Positions 53,703 through 64,000 of a stretch of 64,000 nucleotides of DNA are shown piece by piece. The stretch comes from Chiloscyllium plagiosum (Eukaryota), in the NCBI RefSeq assembly GCF_004010195.1, contig NC_057719.1, positions 63,303,378 through 63,367,377 of the forward strand. The letters run 5' to 3'. A program made the translations under genes and the position numbers. Position 1 is the stretch's first letter; each line of letters starts with the position of its first letter. The notes below the pieces were generated by a model. The model was not told where the DNA came from. It did no database searches and saw only the letters and a list, made by a program, of their open reading frames with translations.

Positions 53703-54254
53703 CAATTTCATCTCAGATGAATACGTAAGGTTTCAAAAAAGTGGCCAGGTAAATTTTTCATGTGACTATAAATAATATTCAGTTCATTCATTTAGAGAAA
53801 TCTCATGGGTCTGTTCCCTTGGTACACTTTAGGTACATTATTTTCATTGTGTGCCCATTTTTATCAACATCCAACATTCCACCCTGTGTCTGGGCATCAG
53901 ACACCACATAGCAGCCTTCCAGCTTTGCTCCAGCTTTCCCTCTCAGTCATGCAGATCCCAAGTAGGTCCTGAAAATATCAGCACTGTTTGGGTCAGAAGT
54001 GCTGAAGTTGTAGGCCTAACATAGACACTTAGCCTCTCCCCTTGTCAAATCATATTCTTTTCCTAATACAAGTGTCTCGGACTTCCTCCTCTTTTTGACT
54101 AGGAGGTGTCATATCATTTCGGTAAGAGTTAGACCACCAAACAGGGTTCCAGGTTTCTACAGGGGTGAATGAAAAGTTTGAAAAAGAAATAAAGAAGAAT
54201 GGAGGGACCCATTTTAAGTGAACAAATGAAAAACCGATTGAGTCCAGAAACAGT

Positions 54255-54495
54255 TAGATTAGATTACTTATACCGTGGAAACAGGCCCTTCGGCCCAACC
54301 AGTCCACACTAACCCTCCGAAGAGTAACCCACCCAGACCCATTCCCCTCCTAACACTAACCCACCCAGACCCATTCCCCTCCTAACACTAACTCTAGTAG
54401 GCAATTTAGCAAGGCTAATTCACCTGACCTGCACATCTTTGGATTATGGGAGGAAACCCACGCAGACACGGGGAGAATGTGCAAACTCCACACAG
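54255..54495 (-). mobile_element. HE1-type SINE fragment with internal 32-bp tandem duplication
   Basis: agattagatt tail; aacccacccagacccattcccctcctaacact x2. Confidence 0.88.
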
Positions 54496-54623
54496 ATACT
54501 TGCAGTGAAATGAGGGAAAGGTTTTCAGAAGCAGTATAAAGCGAGATACAGATCGCAGCTTAGGTAATTATTGTCTCCTAAAAGTAACAAGAGATCAACA
54601 GAGGAATACTGTACATCACAAGA

Positions 54624-54821
54624 TTTGGAGATGCCAGTGTTGGACTGGGGTATACAAAGTTAAAAATCACACAACAGGTTTAATTGGAAGCACACTAGCT
54701 TTCCGAGCGTCGCTCCTTCATCAGGTGATCGTCACCTGATGAAGAAACGACAATCTGAAAGCTAGTGTGCTTCCAATTAAACCTGTTGGACTATAACCTG
54801 GTGTTGTGTGATTTTTAACTT
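54624..54821. mobile_element. Palindromic mini-PLE (inverted pseudo-LTR arms)
   Basis: Flanking repeat tgtacatcacaaga (54610-54623, 54822-54835); hammerhead cores on both strands (54693-54727 -, 54733-54767 +). Confidence 0.9.
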
Positions 54822-55979
54822 TGTACATCACAAGACAAGTTATTCCTTTAAGAGTAATTAAACCGTGAGTGCCAGTGAAAGGTAGACTGAAGCAGGAGGC
54901 GAGGGAAGAAGCAGTCACATTTTTGAGCAATGCCGGGGGAGCTCATGTAATGACACAAATAGACTGTCGGGGGTGCCACTGCATGTTCTATTTATTACAG
55001 GGGAGATTCCTATCTCGCTTCTTACACAGAACGGCAAATGTAGTCTCAACCTCTGGCCCAGTTTAATGACTGGGAAAATTTGAGCTTCACATTCATTACA
55101 CCAGAAGAAAAATAATCTCACTTGACGGTGGAAGTAATATTCAACATCCTGCACAAATTAAACACATTCACACACACAGATCCGTGCGCTCTGCTTGCTT
55201 CATAGGCTGCATGGTGAACATATAAAAAACGGAATTGAAGCAGGCGAATGCATGCCAGGGAGAAGGGGATGAATATTTATTGAAATATTAGTACTGATCG
55301 TAGAGTTGCACAGTAAAGAGACAGAGAAAGTCCCAGTATGGGTTTACTTGTCTAATGTATGTGATTCTGTGGGTGAGTCCCTGTGCAACGAGTTGCAGTT
55401 CCCAGTGCACGATGCCCAATGCTCATTTTAGCGCCAGGTGCCTTTGAGTGAGTTTATGCCGGCGGCTACAGCAGCTCCCGGTTCCCGATGCAGTACCAGT
55501 TTCTAGATGCATATGTCTCTGCGTGTGTCTGTGTGTGGGGTGGGACGATAGTGTTCAGTCAGTGCCCTGGTGCTCACCAGTACGTGTCCAATGTCCCATC
55601 AGTTCCAATTCATGGTCACACAGTGCTCAATGCAGTGTCAGTTCCAAACTCCAGTGATTGAGTGCCCAGTATTATTTCCAGAGCCAACGAGCGTCCAGGT
55701 GCAAGTATCACCGCCAGCCTCCGGCGAACGAGTGATTGGTGGAGTTTCCAGTGAATGAGCCCCCATGAGAGTATTTACTCCAGTCCATTGTGTGTGATAG
55801 TGGCCAGTGTAGCCTGAGTGTCTACCCCCAGTGAGTGAATGTGGAAATACATGATACAGCTTCAGCTCCAGACCCCAGGGATTGTGTGCCCAATGTCGTG
55901 TTCGCTTCAGATACAATTTCCGGTGAGTGAATCTGTAAGGACCAGTGTAGATCCAGCCCCTGATGAGAATGAATAGTCG

Positions 55980-58320
55980 GTGCCATATTAGATTCAGTTT
56001 CCAGTGAGTACTATGTTCTAACTCCAGTTCCCAGTGAATGCCCCGTGAATGTTAACCCTAGCTGTCAGGTGGTGCCAGAGCAACATTTACATGAGCTAAC
56101 AGCTCAATGTTAACCCTGGCTTCCAGCCAGCACCCAATGTAGTATTAACCCCAGATCCCAGTGAGAGGCCACTGCAGTAATAACCTCTGCTACCAGTGAG
56201 TCTCTAGTGCAGAATTAACTGTGGCTCCCAATGAGAGTCTAGTGCAATATTAACCCTGGCCGTCAGTGAGATCCCAGAGTACTATCAACCCCTGCTGCCA
56301 GTGAGAGCCAGTGCAGTAATAACCTCTGCTACTGGTGAGAGTCCAGTGCAGTATTCACCCTGGCTCCCAGTGGGAGTGCATGGTATTTGGGGCAAAGTAC
56401 TAACTTGGATTGAAAGTTGGTTGGCTGACAGGAAACAAAGAGTAGTGATAAACGGCTCCATTTCGGAATGGCAGGCAGTGACCAGTGGGGTACCGCAGGG
56501 ATCAGTGCTGGGACCGCAGCTTTTTACAATATATATTAATGATATAGAAGATGGTATTAGTAATAACATGAGCAAAATTGCTGATGCTACTAAGCTGGGT
56601 GGCAGGGTGAAATGTGAGGAGGATGTTAGGAGATTACAGGGTGACCTGGACAGGTTAGGTGAGTGGTCAGATGCATGGCAGATGCAGTTTAATGTGGGTA
56701 AATGTATGGTTATCCACTTTGGTGGCAAGAACAGGAAGGCAGATTACTACCTAAACAGAATCAATTTAGGTAAAGGGGCAGTACAAAGAGATCTGGGTGT
56801 TCTTGTACACCAGACAATGAAGGTAAGCATGCAGGTACAGCAGGTAGTGAAGAAGGCTAATAGCATGCTGGCCTTCATAACAAGAGGGATTGAGTATAGA
56901 AGCAAAGAGGTTCTTCTGCAGCTGTACAGGGCCCTGGTGAGACCACATCTGGAGTATTATGTGCAGTTCTGGTCTCCAAATTTGAGGAAAGACATTCTGG
57001 CTATTGAGGGAGTGCAGCGTAGGTTCACGAGGTCAATTCCTGGAATGGCGGGACTATCTTACGCTGAAAGACTGGAGCAACAGGGCTTGTATACTCTTGA
57101 GTTTAGAAGGTTGAGAGGGGATCTGATTGAGACATGTAAGATTATTAAAGGATTGGACACTCTGGAAGCAGGAAACATGTTTCAACTGATGGATGAGTGC
57201 CGAACCAGAGGACACAGCTTAAAAATACTGGGTAGACCATTTAGGACAGAGATGAGGAGAAACTTCTTCACCCAGAGAGTGGTGGCTGTGGGAATGCTCT
57301 GCCCCAGAGGGCAGTGGAGGCCCAGTCTCTGGATTCATTTAAGAAAGAGTTGGATAGAGCTCTCAAGGATAGTGGAATCAAGGGTTATGGAGATAAGGCA
57401 GGAACAGGATACTGATTAAGGATGATCAGCCATGATCATATTGAATGGTGGTACAGGCTCGAAGGCTGAATGGCCTACTCCTGCACCTATTGTCTATTGT
57501 CTGTTGTCCAGTGCAGTATTAACCCCAGCTGCCAGTGAGAGCCCAGTGCAATATTAACTCCTGCAGTCAGTGAGAGCCCAGTGCAGTATTAACCCTGTCT
57601 CCCAGTGAGAGTCCAGTGCAGTATTAACCCCGGTTGCCAGTGAGAGTCCAGTGCAGTGTTAACCCCGGCTGCCACTGAGAGGCCAGTGCAGTAATAATCT
57701 CTGCTACTGGTGAGAGCTCAATGCAGTATTAGTTCCCGGTGCAATATTAACTCCTGCAGTCAGGGAGATGCCAGGATGCCAGTGCAGTATTAACCCTGAA
57801 TTCTAGTCAGAGCCCAGTGCAGTATTAACCTCAGTGCCAGTGCAATATTAATCCTGGGTCCCAGTGTGGGGCTGATACAGTATTAACCCTAGTTTCCACT
57901 GAGAGCCCAGTGCAGTATTAACCCCAACGCCAGTGCAGTATTAGACCTGGTTTCCTGAGAGCCCAGTGCAGTATTGACCCCGGCTCCTAGTGAGTTCGCA
58001 ATGAAATATTAACCTTAGCTCCCAATGAGTTCTTAGCTCAGTATTAACCCCCGTACCCACGTAGTGTTAACTCTGGCTGCCAATGAGTGCCCAGTGCAGT
58101 ATTAACCCCAGTGCCAGCGAAGTATTAACTCCAATTCCCAGTGTGAGCCCAATTCGATATTAATCTAGTGCCCAGTGTAGTATTAAACCCTGCTACCAAT
58201 GAGTTCGCAGTGCAGTATTAACCCCAGCTCCCAGCGAGTTTCCAGTGATTAATAACCCTTGCACCCAGTAAGAGCCCAGTACAGTATTAACCCCAGCTCG
58301 CAGTGCAGTGTTAATCCCAG
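55980..58320. repeat. Tandem array of a ~35-bp unit (CCAGTGCAGTATTAACCCCAGCTGCCAGTGAGAGC) with shorter ~21-bp variants, split by CR1
   Basis: Unit starts at 57508, 57543, 57578, 57613, 57648; more degenerate CAGTG-rich sequence extends to ~55380. Confidence 0.92.
56378..57507 (+). mobile_element. Young 5'-truncated CR1 LINE inserted in the 35-bp array
   Basis: ~300 uninterrupted RT codons (GVPQGSVLGP, KIADATK, RPHLEY, NFFTQRVV); (ctattgt)n tail; array resumes in register. Confidence 0.95.
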
Positions 58321-58419
58321 CGCTGATCCATCCAGCGTTGTGCTGGAGGGGGGAAGCAGTGAGTGATTAATCAGGGAATAGACCGTGTGCCTGGTGCATT
58401 GACATCCCCCCTCAGTGTG

Positions 58420-59150
58420 TGCAGTCAGTGAGTGAGTGAGTGAGGGGCCGCTCGCGCTCTCTTTCTGTCTCTCTCGCGCGCACTCTCTCTCTCTCTCTCC
58501 TTCCCTCTCTGCCTGTCTCTCGCGCTCTCTCCCTCTGTGTAACCGCTCGATGTTGTCTGCGCTCCGCTGCTGCCGCCTCCGGACTCGAGCGGTGCGGCTG
58601 CTGCTCCGAGGAGGGGGAGGAGGAGGATTCCGCCGGATCCCGGAGCAGCTGTAAACATGGCGACCGAGGGGCTGCTGCTCACCAACCACGAGCACCAGAT
58701 CCGAGTGGGAGTTCTGACAGGTAAAGACCACCACCTCCCCCTACCCCTCCTCCTCCGGAGACTGGACCCGATAACGGAGTATAGGGGGCGGCGGGAGAGG
58801 CACAGGGAGATCCCAGCTCCCTCCCTGGGCTGCCGTGTGCCCGCTCTTCCCCGGGGTAGGCCCCGCACGGAGCCGCGCTCTTTCCTGCCGCCCGACCGCG
58901 GGTTGGCGAAGGGGTTGTTGGGGGCTGGGGGCAGTGGTAAAGGAGGCTCGGTCTCCGGGGCTCAGGCTCAACACTCTCTCTGAGGAGGGGGAAAGGGGCA
59001 TGTGTGACACCCGGAGATCACCCAGCCCGGGGTTTACCGGGGGTGGGGGAAGAGCGGGCAGAGCAGGACGGGGATCCCGGGCTGATGTTCAGGGGGGCAG
59101 TCGGGGAGGCCGGACCGCGAGCAAAGCAGCACCCCAACGGTATCAGACAC
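58420..59150 (+). promoter_or_regulatory. CpG island promoter, 5'UTR and start of intron 1 of gphn
   Basis: Sharp rise in GC and CpG; (CT)n/CGCG tract 58450-58535; YY1-like AACATGGCG overlapping the ATG; exact TSS not determinable. Confidence 0.85.
58657..58720 (+). CDS. gphn: Gephyrin, first coding exon (64 nt, phase-1 intron follows)
   Basis: [21 protein letters not shown] closely matches the vertebrate gephyrin N-terminus ([21 protein letters not shown]); Kozak aacATGG; donor CAG|GTAAAG at 58721. Confidence 0.97.
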
Positions 59151-60720
59151 CTAGTGTCAGTCCCGATCACGATCAGAAACCCGGTGTGATCCCCTGTCAC
59201 TGGCAGAAACCGTGGTATCAGCCCCTTTCACTGGCGGAGACCAAGTGTGTCTGTCCTTAGCACTATCAGGGACCTTGTATCAGCCCCTATCACTGGCAGA
59301 GACTTCGTGTTGTCACTGATTAAGTCAGAGACCCTGGTGTCAGTCCCTACGACTGGCGGAGACGCTGGTGTCAGCCCCTCCGACGGGCAGAGACCCTGGT
59401 GTCAGTCCTTATGACTGGCGGAGACCCTGGTGTCAGTCCCTACGATGGGCAGAGACGCTGGTGTCAGTCCCTACGACTGGCAGAGACCCTGGTGTCAGTC
59501 CCTACGACTGGCGGAGACCCTGGTGTCAGTCCCTACGACGGGCAGAGACGCTGGTGTCAGTCCCTATGACTGGCGGAGACCCTGGTGTCAGTCCCTACGA
59601 CTGGCAGACACCCTGGTGTCAGTCCTTACGACTGGCATATACACTGGTGTCAGTCCCTACAACAGGCAGAGACACTGGTGTCAGTCCCCACGACTGGCAG
59701 AGACCCTGGTGTCAGTCCCTACGATGGGCAGAGACGCTGGTGTCAGTCCCCACGACTGGCAGAGACCCTGGTGTCAGTCCTTACGACTGGCATATACACT
59801 GGTGTCAGTCCCTACAATAGGCAGAGACACTGGTGTCAGTCCCTACGACAGGCAGAGACCTAGTGTGTCTGTCCTTACCACTATCAGGGACCTTGTATCA
59901 GCCCGTAACACTGGCAGAGACTTGGTGTTGTCCCTGATTAAGTCAGAGACGCTGGTCTTAGTCCCAACACGGGCGGAGACCCTGGTGTCAGCCCCTCCGA
60001 CATGCAGAGACCCTGGTGTCAGCCCCTCCGACATGCAGAGACCTTGGTGTCAGCCCCTCCGACGAGCAGAGACCCTGGTGTCAGCCCTTCTGACGGGCAG
60101 AGACCCTGGTGTCAGCCCCTCCGACGGGCAGAGACCTGGGTGTCAGCCCCTAAGACGGGCAGAGACCTAGTGTGTCTGTCCTTACCACTATCAGGGACCT
60201 TGTATCAGCCCCTAACACTGGCAGAGACTTGGTGTTGTCCCTGATTAAGTCAGAGACGCTGGTCTTAGTCCATACGACGGGCGGAGACCCTGGTGTCAGC
60301 CCCTCCGACAGGCAGAAACCCTGGTGTCAGCCCCTCCGACAGGCAGAGACCCTGGTCAGCCCCTCCGACAGGCAGAGACCCTGGTCAGCCCCTCCGACGA
60401 GCAGAGACCCTGGTGTCAGTCCTTCCGACGGGCAGAGACCCTGGTGTCAGCCCCTCCGACGGGCAGAGACCCTGGTGTCAGCCCCTCCAACGGGCAGAGA
60501 CCCTGGTGTCAGCCCCTCCGACAGGCAGAGACCCTGGTATAATTTCACTACTAGCAGAGACCTGGTATCAGCCCACACTACTGGCAGAAATGTGGTATCA
60601 GTCCCCTGCTGCTAGCAGAGATGTGTCATTTCCTGACCTTGGTAGAGACCCTGTATCAGCCCCTACTGCTCTCAGAGACCCTAGTATAATTGCACTTCTG
60701 GCAGAGATCTGGTTTGAAAC
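59140..60720. repeat. 31-bp minisatellite (AGAGACCCTGGTGTCAGTCCCTACGACTGGC and variants) in gphn intron 1, roughly 50 units including degenerate edges
   Basis: Direct repeats; the 31-aa periodicity of overlapping ORFs equals 3 x 31 nt. Confidence 0.95.
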
Positions 60721-62098
60721 CCTATTATTGACATTCTGATTTCACCCTCGCCACTGGCCGAGATTCTAGTATCACCACTATTGGAAAAAGCCTGGTATTA
60801 TATTTTTGCTAGTAAGAGCACTGATGCCAGCTTCATCACCAGGAGAAACCATGGCCTTAACTCATCACTGGCAAGCATTTGGACACTAACCCTACAGCTG
60901 ACAGAGACCCTGACCAGAGCCTGGCCCTTTAAAATCAGAACACCTGGTGGTTGTCCTCACTTCATGGGGAGACAGACAGGTAGCTGCCTAAACTCCCTGC
61001 CCATGAGCTTCCAACGACTGCCAAATTTGGTCAGTACATTTTCCAGTCCATAGGTATTTTGAGTGTGATGTTGCTTAGGGAGAGGGCATTTTTATTTAAT
61101 AAAATGTTCTACGCGTCTGAATTTCGATATGAAAGCTATCAATTTTTAGCGTGCGTGAGGGGCGGAGTGAATATTGTAATTATTATGATGTTGGACATGA
61201 GTGACCCTGACGTTTGTTTTTGCATATATATGTGTATGAGCTGGGCTTTCAACGTAACCTTTTCATAAGTGTCTGTCTAATTCTTTTGAAATTGAGAGGT
61301 GGCTTGTAACTGAATGTGAAGCTTAGAGGTCGGTGAGCTGTTCAGAGCTGTGGTGCTGAAACAGGGGCAGGACGTGCTCGAATGCGATTTATGCACGGTG
61401 GCGGATAGAGTTGAGATGTATGTATGTTTTTATATGTTTACTGATTAGAGCCCCCTCACCCCCCCGTTCGGATTTTACCGTCGGAAGAGGGAAGGTGGAC
61501 AGAAACTAATAAATAATGTCTGCATTTTAATGACATTCACACCGACAGCTTTGGCATTTCGTGTAGGTGAGTGCCGCCAGTGACACTGAAATTGACGAAG
61601 TGAGATTACGGCATTTTATGTCCTCGGTTTTCCTTATTTTGTGGGGGGAAATAGCATGAAGGAACCCCCTTGTGTTGAAAGAGATGTTGAATATCATTCC
61701 TTCTTGAATATAGAGTACCTGTTCCAGCAAACTGCAAGAAAACAGATACAGTATTTGCAACTATCTAAAAAAAACACACCAAAGCTGCCCTTTACTGCTT
61801 GCTTCTGCAGCACTTGTAAACACAATCCTGAACGTGGTCAGCACCCAAGTTAAGAGTTTCTGTCACAAGCTAAAACACCCCATTATCTCAAGGTATCACC
61901 CGGCGATATGGTCAGCACATATGTTTGTGACAGTCTTAATTTTCACCGACTGTATAACAGCAAATTATATCCGACCACATTTCTCAGCTTTGTGAACGAA
62001 TTAATCTCAGTAAAATTTGAACCACAATTTATGTATGATCATTGTTCAGAAAGCCAGGCTAGGGTGTAGGTTTGCTCGCTGAGCTGTAGGTTTGATAT

Positions 62099-62138
62099 CC
62101 AGACGTTTCATTACCTGGCTAGGTAACATCATCAGTGG
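62099..62138 (-). ncRNA. Minimal type I hammerhead ribozyme motif
   Basis: CCA-CUGAUGA-U-GUUACC-UAGCCA-GGUAAU-GAAACGUC-UGG. Confidence 0.82.
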
Positions 62139-62893
62139 CGACCTCCAAGTGAAGCGAAGCTGTTGTCTCCTGCTTTCTATTTATATCTTTCTCCTGGATG
62201 GGGCTCCTGGGGTTTGTGGTAATGTCATTTCCTGTTCGTTTTCTGAGGGGTTGATATGCCTCACAGGCATAAAGTTCACCAAGGAGGAAGAAACTGACAA
62301 CAAACTTGCATTTCTGGACACAGTAGGAAGAAAGGACAAGGGAGAATTACAAACCTGCGTATACAGAAAACCGACAAACATTAACCAAATACTCAACTAC
62401 ACCAGCAACCATCCCAACACACACAAACGAGGCTGTATCAGAATACTATTCCAACGAGCCACCACACACTGCAGCACAGACGAACTTCGAAAAACAGAGA
62501 ACTACTTATACGACGTATTCAAGAAGAATGGATACTCAAAAAACACTGCGCAGATTCCTCAAGAACAAACCACGACAAGCAGACAAAACACAGCCAGAAA
62601 CCACCAGGATACACGAACACCAGCTAGCCACAAAAAGACACGACCCTCTCTCCCTTGTAGGCCTACACACGGATGAAAAAAACCATCAATTTGACTGGGA
62701 CAGGCTAAGCAAAGACATGCCAGAGAATTCCTAGAGGTCTGGCACTCCAACCACAACGCCAAAAACAAGCACATCTATCTACCCCTCAGAAAACAAACAG
62801 GAAATGACATCACCACAAGTCCCAGGAACCCCATTCAGGAGAAAGATATAAATAGAAAGCAGTAGAAAACAGCTTCCCTTCACTTGGAGGTCG

Positions 62894-62933
62894 CCACTGA
62901 TGATGTTACCGAGCCAGGTAATGAAACGTCTGG
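62894..62933 (+). ncRNA. Minimal type I hammerhead ribozyme motif, sense to gphn pre-mRNA
   Basis: CCA-CUGAUGA-U-GUUACC-GAGCCA-GGUAAU-GAAACGUC-UGG; GUC cleavage triplet, palindromic ACGU. Confidence 0.82.
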
Positions 62934-63619
62934 ATATCAAACCTACAGCTCAGCGGGTAAACCTCAACCTGAGCTACAAACCTTGCGAAAGCCGGGCTAA
63001 CCTGTTCATGGTAAATTACCAATTTTGAAAGTTTCTTCAGGACAAGACTTCCGCCCCCACCCCGTTTTATTTCCTGAGTGTGCTGATTTTTTTCTTAATT
63101 GGAAGTTTGAATCAGTAACTCTGAAAACCGCCCACTAGGATTTCTTAAAACTCGTCTTGTTGCTGCCCCAAAACACGCACACGTGACATTTAATCTGAAT
63201 TTTTTTTTGCTCATGCTAGCTACTTCCAGTTTTTGTGTACGGCATAAAGTGGCACTGAGGGGAATAAAGCCCCAGAATGTTTGTATAACCCTCTCAGCAG
63301 CTTGCCATTCACTCGGTAACATTTCTGGCTCCTTCAACTCAGTTTCCACCTGGTACACAGCGAGTTTTGCATTGCTGCACAGCCGCGCGTTGTTGTTGTT
63401 GTTGAACAGATGGACGAGGCATCGTTTATTTTATTTTCAGTGTTTGTATTTTTGAAAAGAAGGCTTTGGAAGTGTCAACATTGTGGCGGCTCAGAGGAAG
63501 TTAAAGTTTTTGCCGTCGACGATGAAATGTTCATGCAACATGAATGATGGCCTCTCCACAAGGATGCCTTCTTGAGTTGAAGGCATGGGGATAGGAACTA
63601 GTGAAGTTTACTCTGTACT

Positions 63620-63813
63620 AAAAACAAAAAAAATGCTGGAGATCACAGCGGTCAGGCAGCATCCATGGAGCGAGAGCAAACTAACGTTTCAGGTCGAGAT
63701 GACTCTTCAGAGCTGACGTGAAATGTGGAGAGGGTCAGCATTTATTGCTGTACTTTGGGGGGAGGGGCGGAGGGTAGAGTGCTGGGGGAGAAAGGATGTT
63801 GGTAGCTCAGATT
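63620..63813 (-). mobile_element. Mini-PLE terminal fragment with hammerhead-like motif
   Basis: 16-bp TSD aagtttactctgtact (63604-63619, 63814-63829); minus strand ctgaagagtcatctcgacctgaaacgttag at 63681-63710. Confidence 0.85.
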
Positions 63814-64000
63814 AAGTTTACTCTGTACTTTGTATTGAGCCCGATTGGTTGAGGAGGATACTGTACCACTAACCGGTTGCGGTTTCCGGACATTGACAGC
63901 CCCAGTTTGTGTGAGCTTAGAAAGGGTTTTGACACAATCCCCTAAATCTTGCAGCTTGCTTCCTCAACCTCTCTCTTTTCAGTTGCTACGAAAAATCTAC

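Larger units (their letters stand above)
62062..62986 (+). mobile_element. PLE (Poseidon-like), 5'-truncated and internally deleted, with inverted 5' pseudo-LTR
   Basis: IKFTKEEETDNKLAFLD..VYRKPTN..LNYTSNHP..HKRGCI..NGY; 62062-~62250 is the inverse of the 3' terminal repeat; 13-bp TSD gaaagcc(a/g)ggcta (62049-62061, 62987-62999). Confidence 0.93.

Noticed and set aside
56301..57419. 372-aa ORF as a host or domesticated gene
   Set aside because: Chance fusion of array sequence to a truncated CR1 RT; altered catalytic motif (ADAT) and a frameshifted end
58721..58983. Extension of the MATEG ORF to 108 aa
   Set aside because: Gephyrin similarity stops at the GTAAAG donor; the rest is intron read-through
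58249..59260. Several overlapping GC-rich ORFs on both strands
   Set aside because: Expected from low stop-codon frequency in a CpG island; low complexity
59140..60720. CRISPR-like appearance of the 31-bp array
   Set aside because: Units are contiguous with no unique spacers, there are no cas genes, and the context is vertebrate
59368..60739. Long repetitive ORFs (up to 246 aa) in all three plus frames
   Set aside because: By-product of a stop-free 31-bp unit; intronic, with non-ATG starts and no splice support

Overview
Vertebrate genomic DNA, almost certainly from a shark or other elasmobranch (inferred from HE1-type SINEs and HER1/CR1 LINEs). About 58 kb of transposon-rich intergenic sequence lies upstream of the CpG-island promoter and first coding exon of gephyrin (gphn; + strand, ATG 58657, splice donor 58721), followed by the start of intron 1. 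No other host coding exon could be supported, and nearly all ORFs in the track are transposon relics or chance ORFs. Mobile elements: many CR1 LINE copies (one near full length, nested in a PIF/Harbinger transposase; one young copy inside a promoter-proximal tandem array), HE1 and Deu-type SINEs, a Rex/Babar fragment, a Mag-like Gypsy relic with PBS, a Gmr1-like Gypsy relic (INT-RT-RH order), a probable solo LTR, and many Penelope-like elements (PLEs). The most striking signals are: (i) several families of minimal hammerhead ribozyme motifs on PLEs and on 80-230 bp non-coding mini-elements, several palindromic, most bounded by 9-16 bp target-site duplications; and (ii) two different tandem arrays (35-bp and 31-bp units) bracketing the gphn promoter and exon 1. 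Family names come from motif recognition, not database searches, and boundaries of old elements are approximate.
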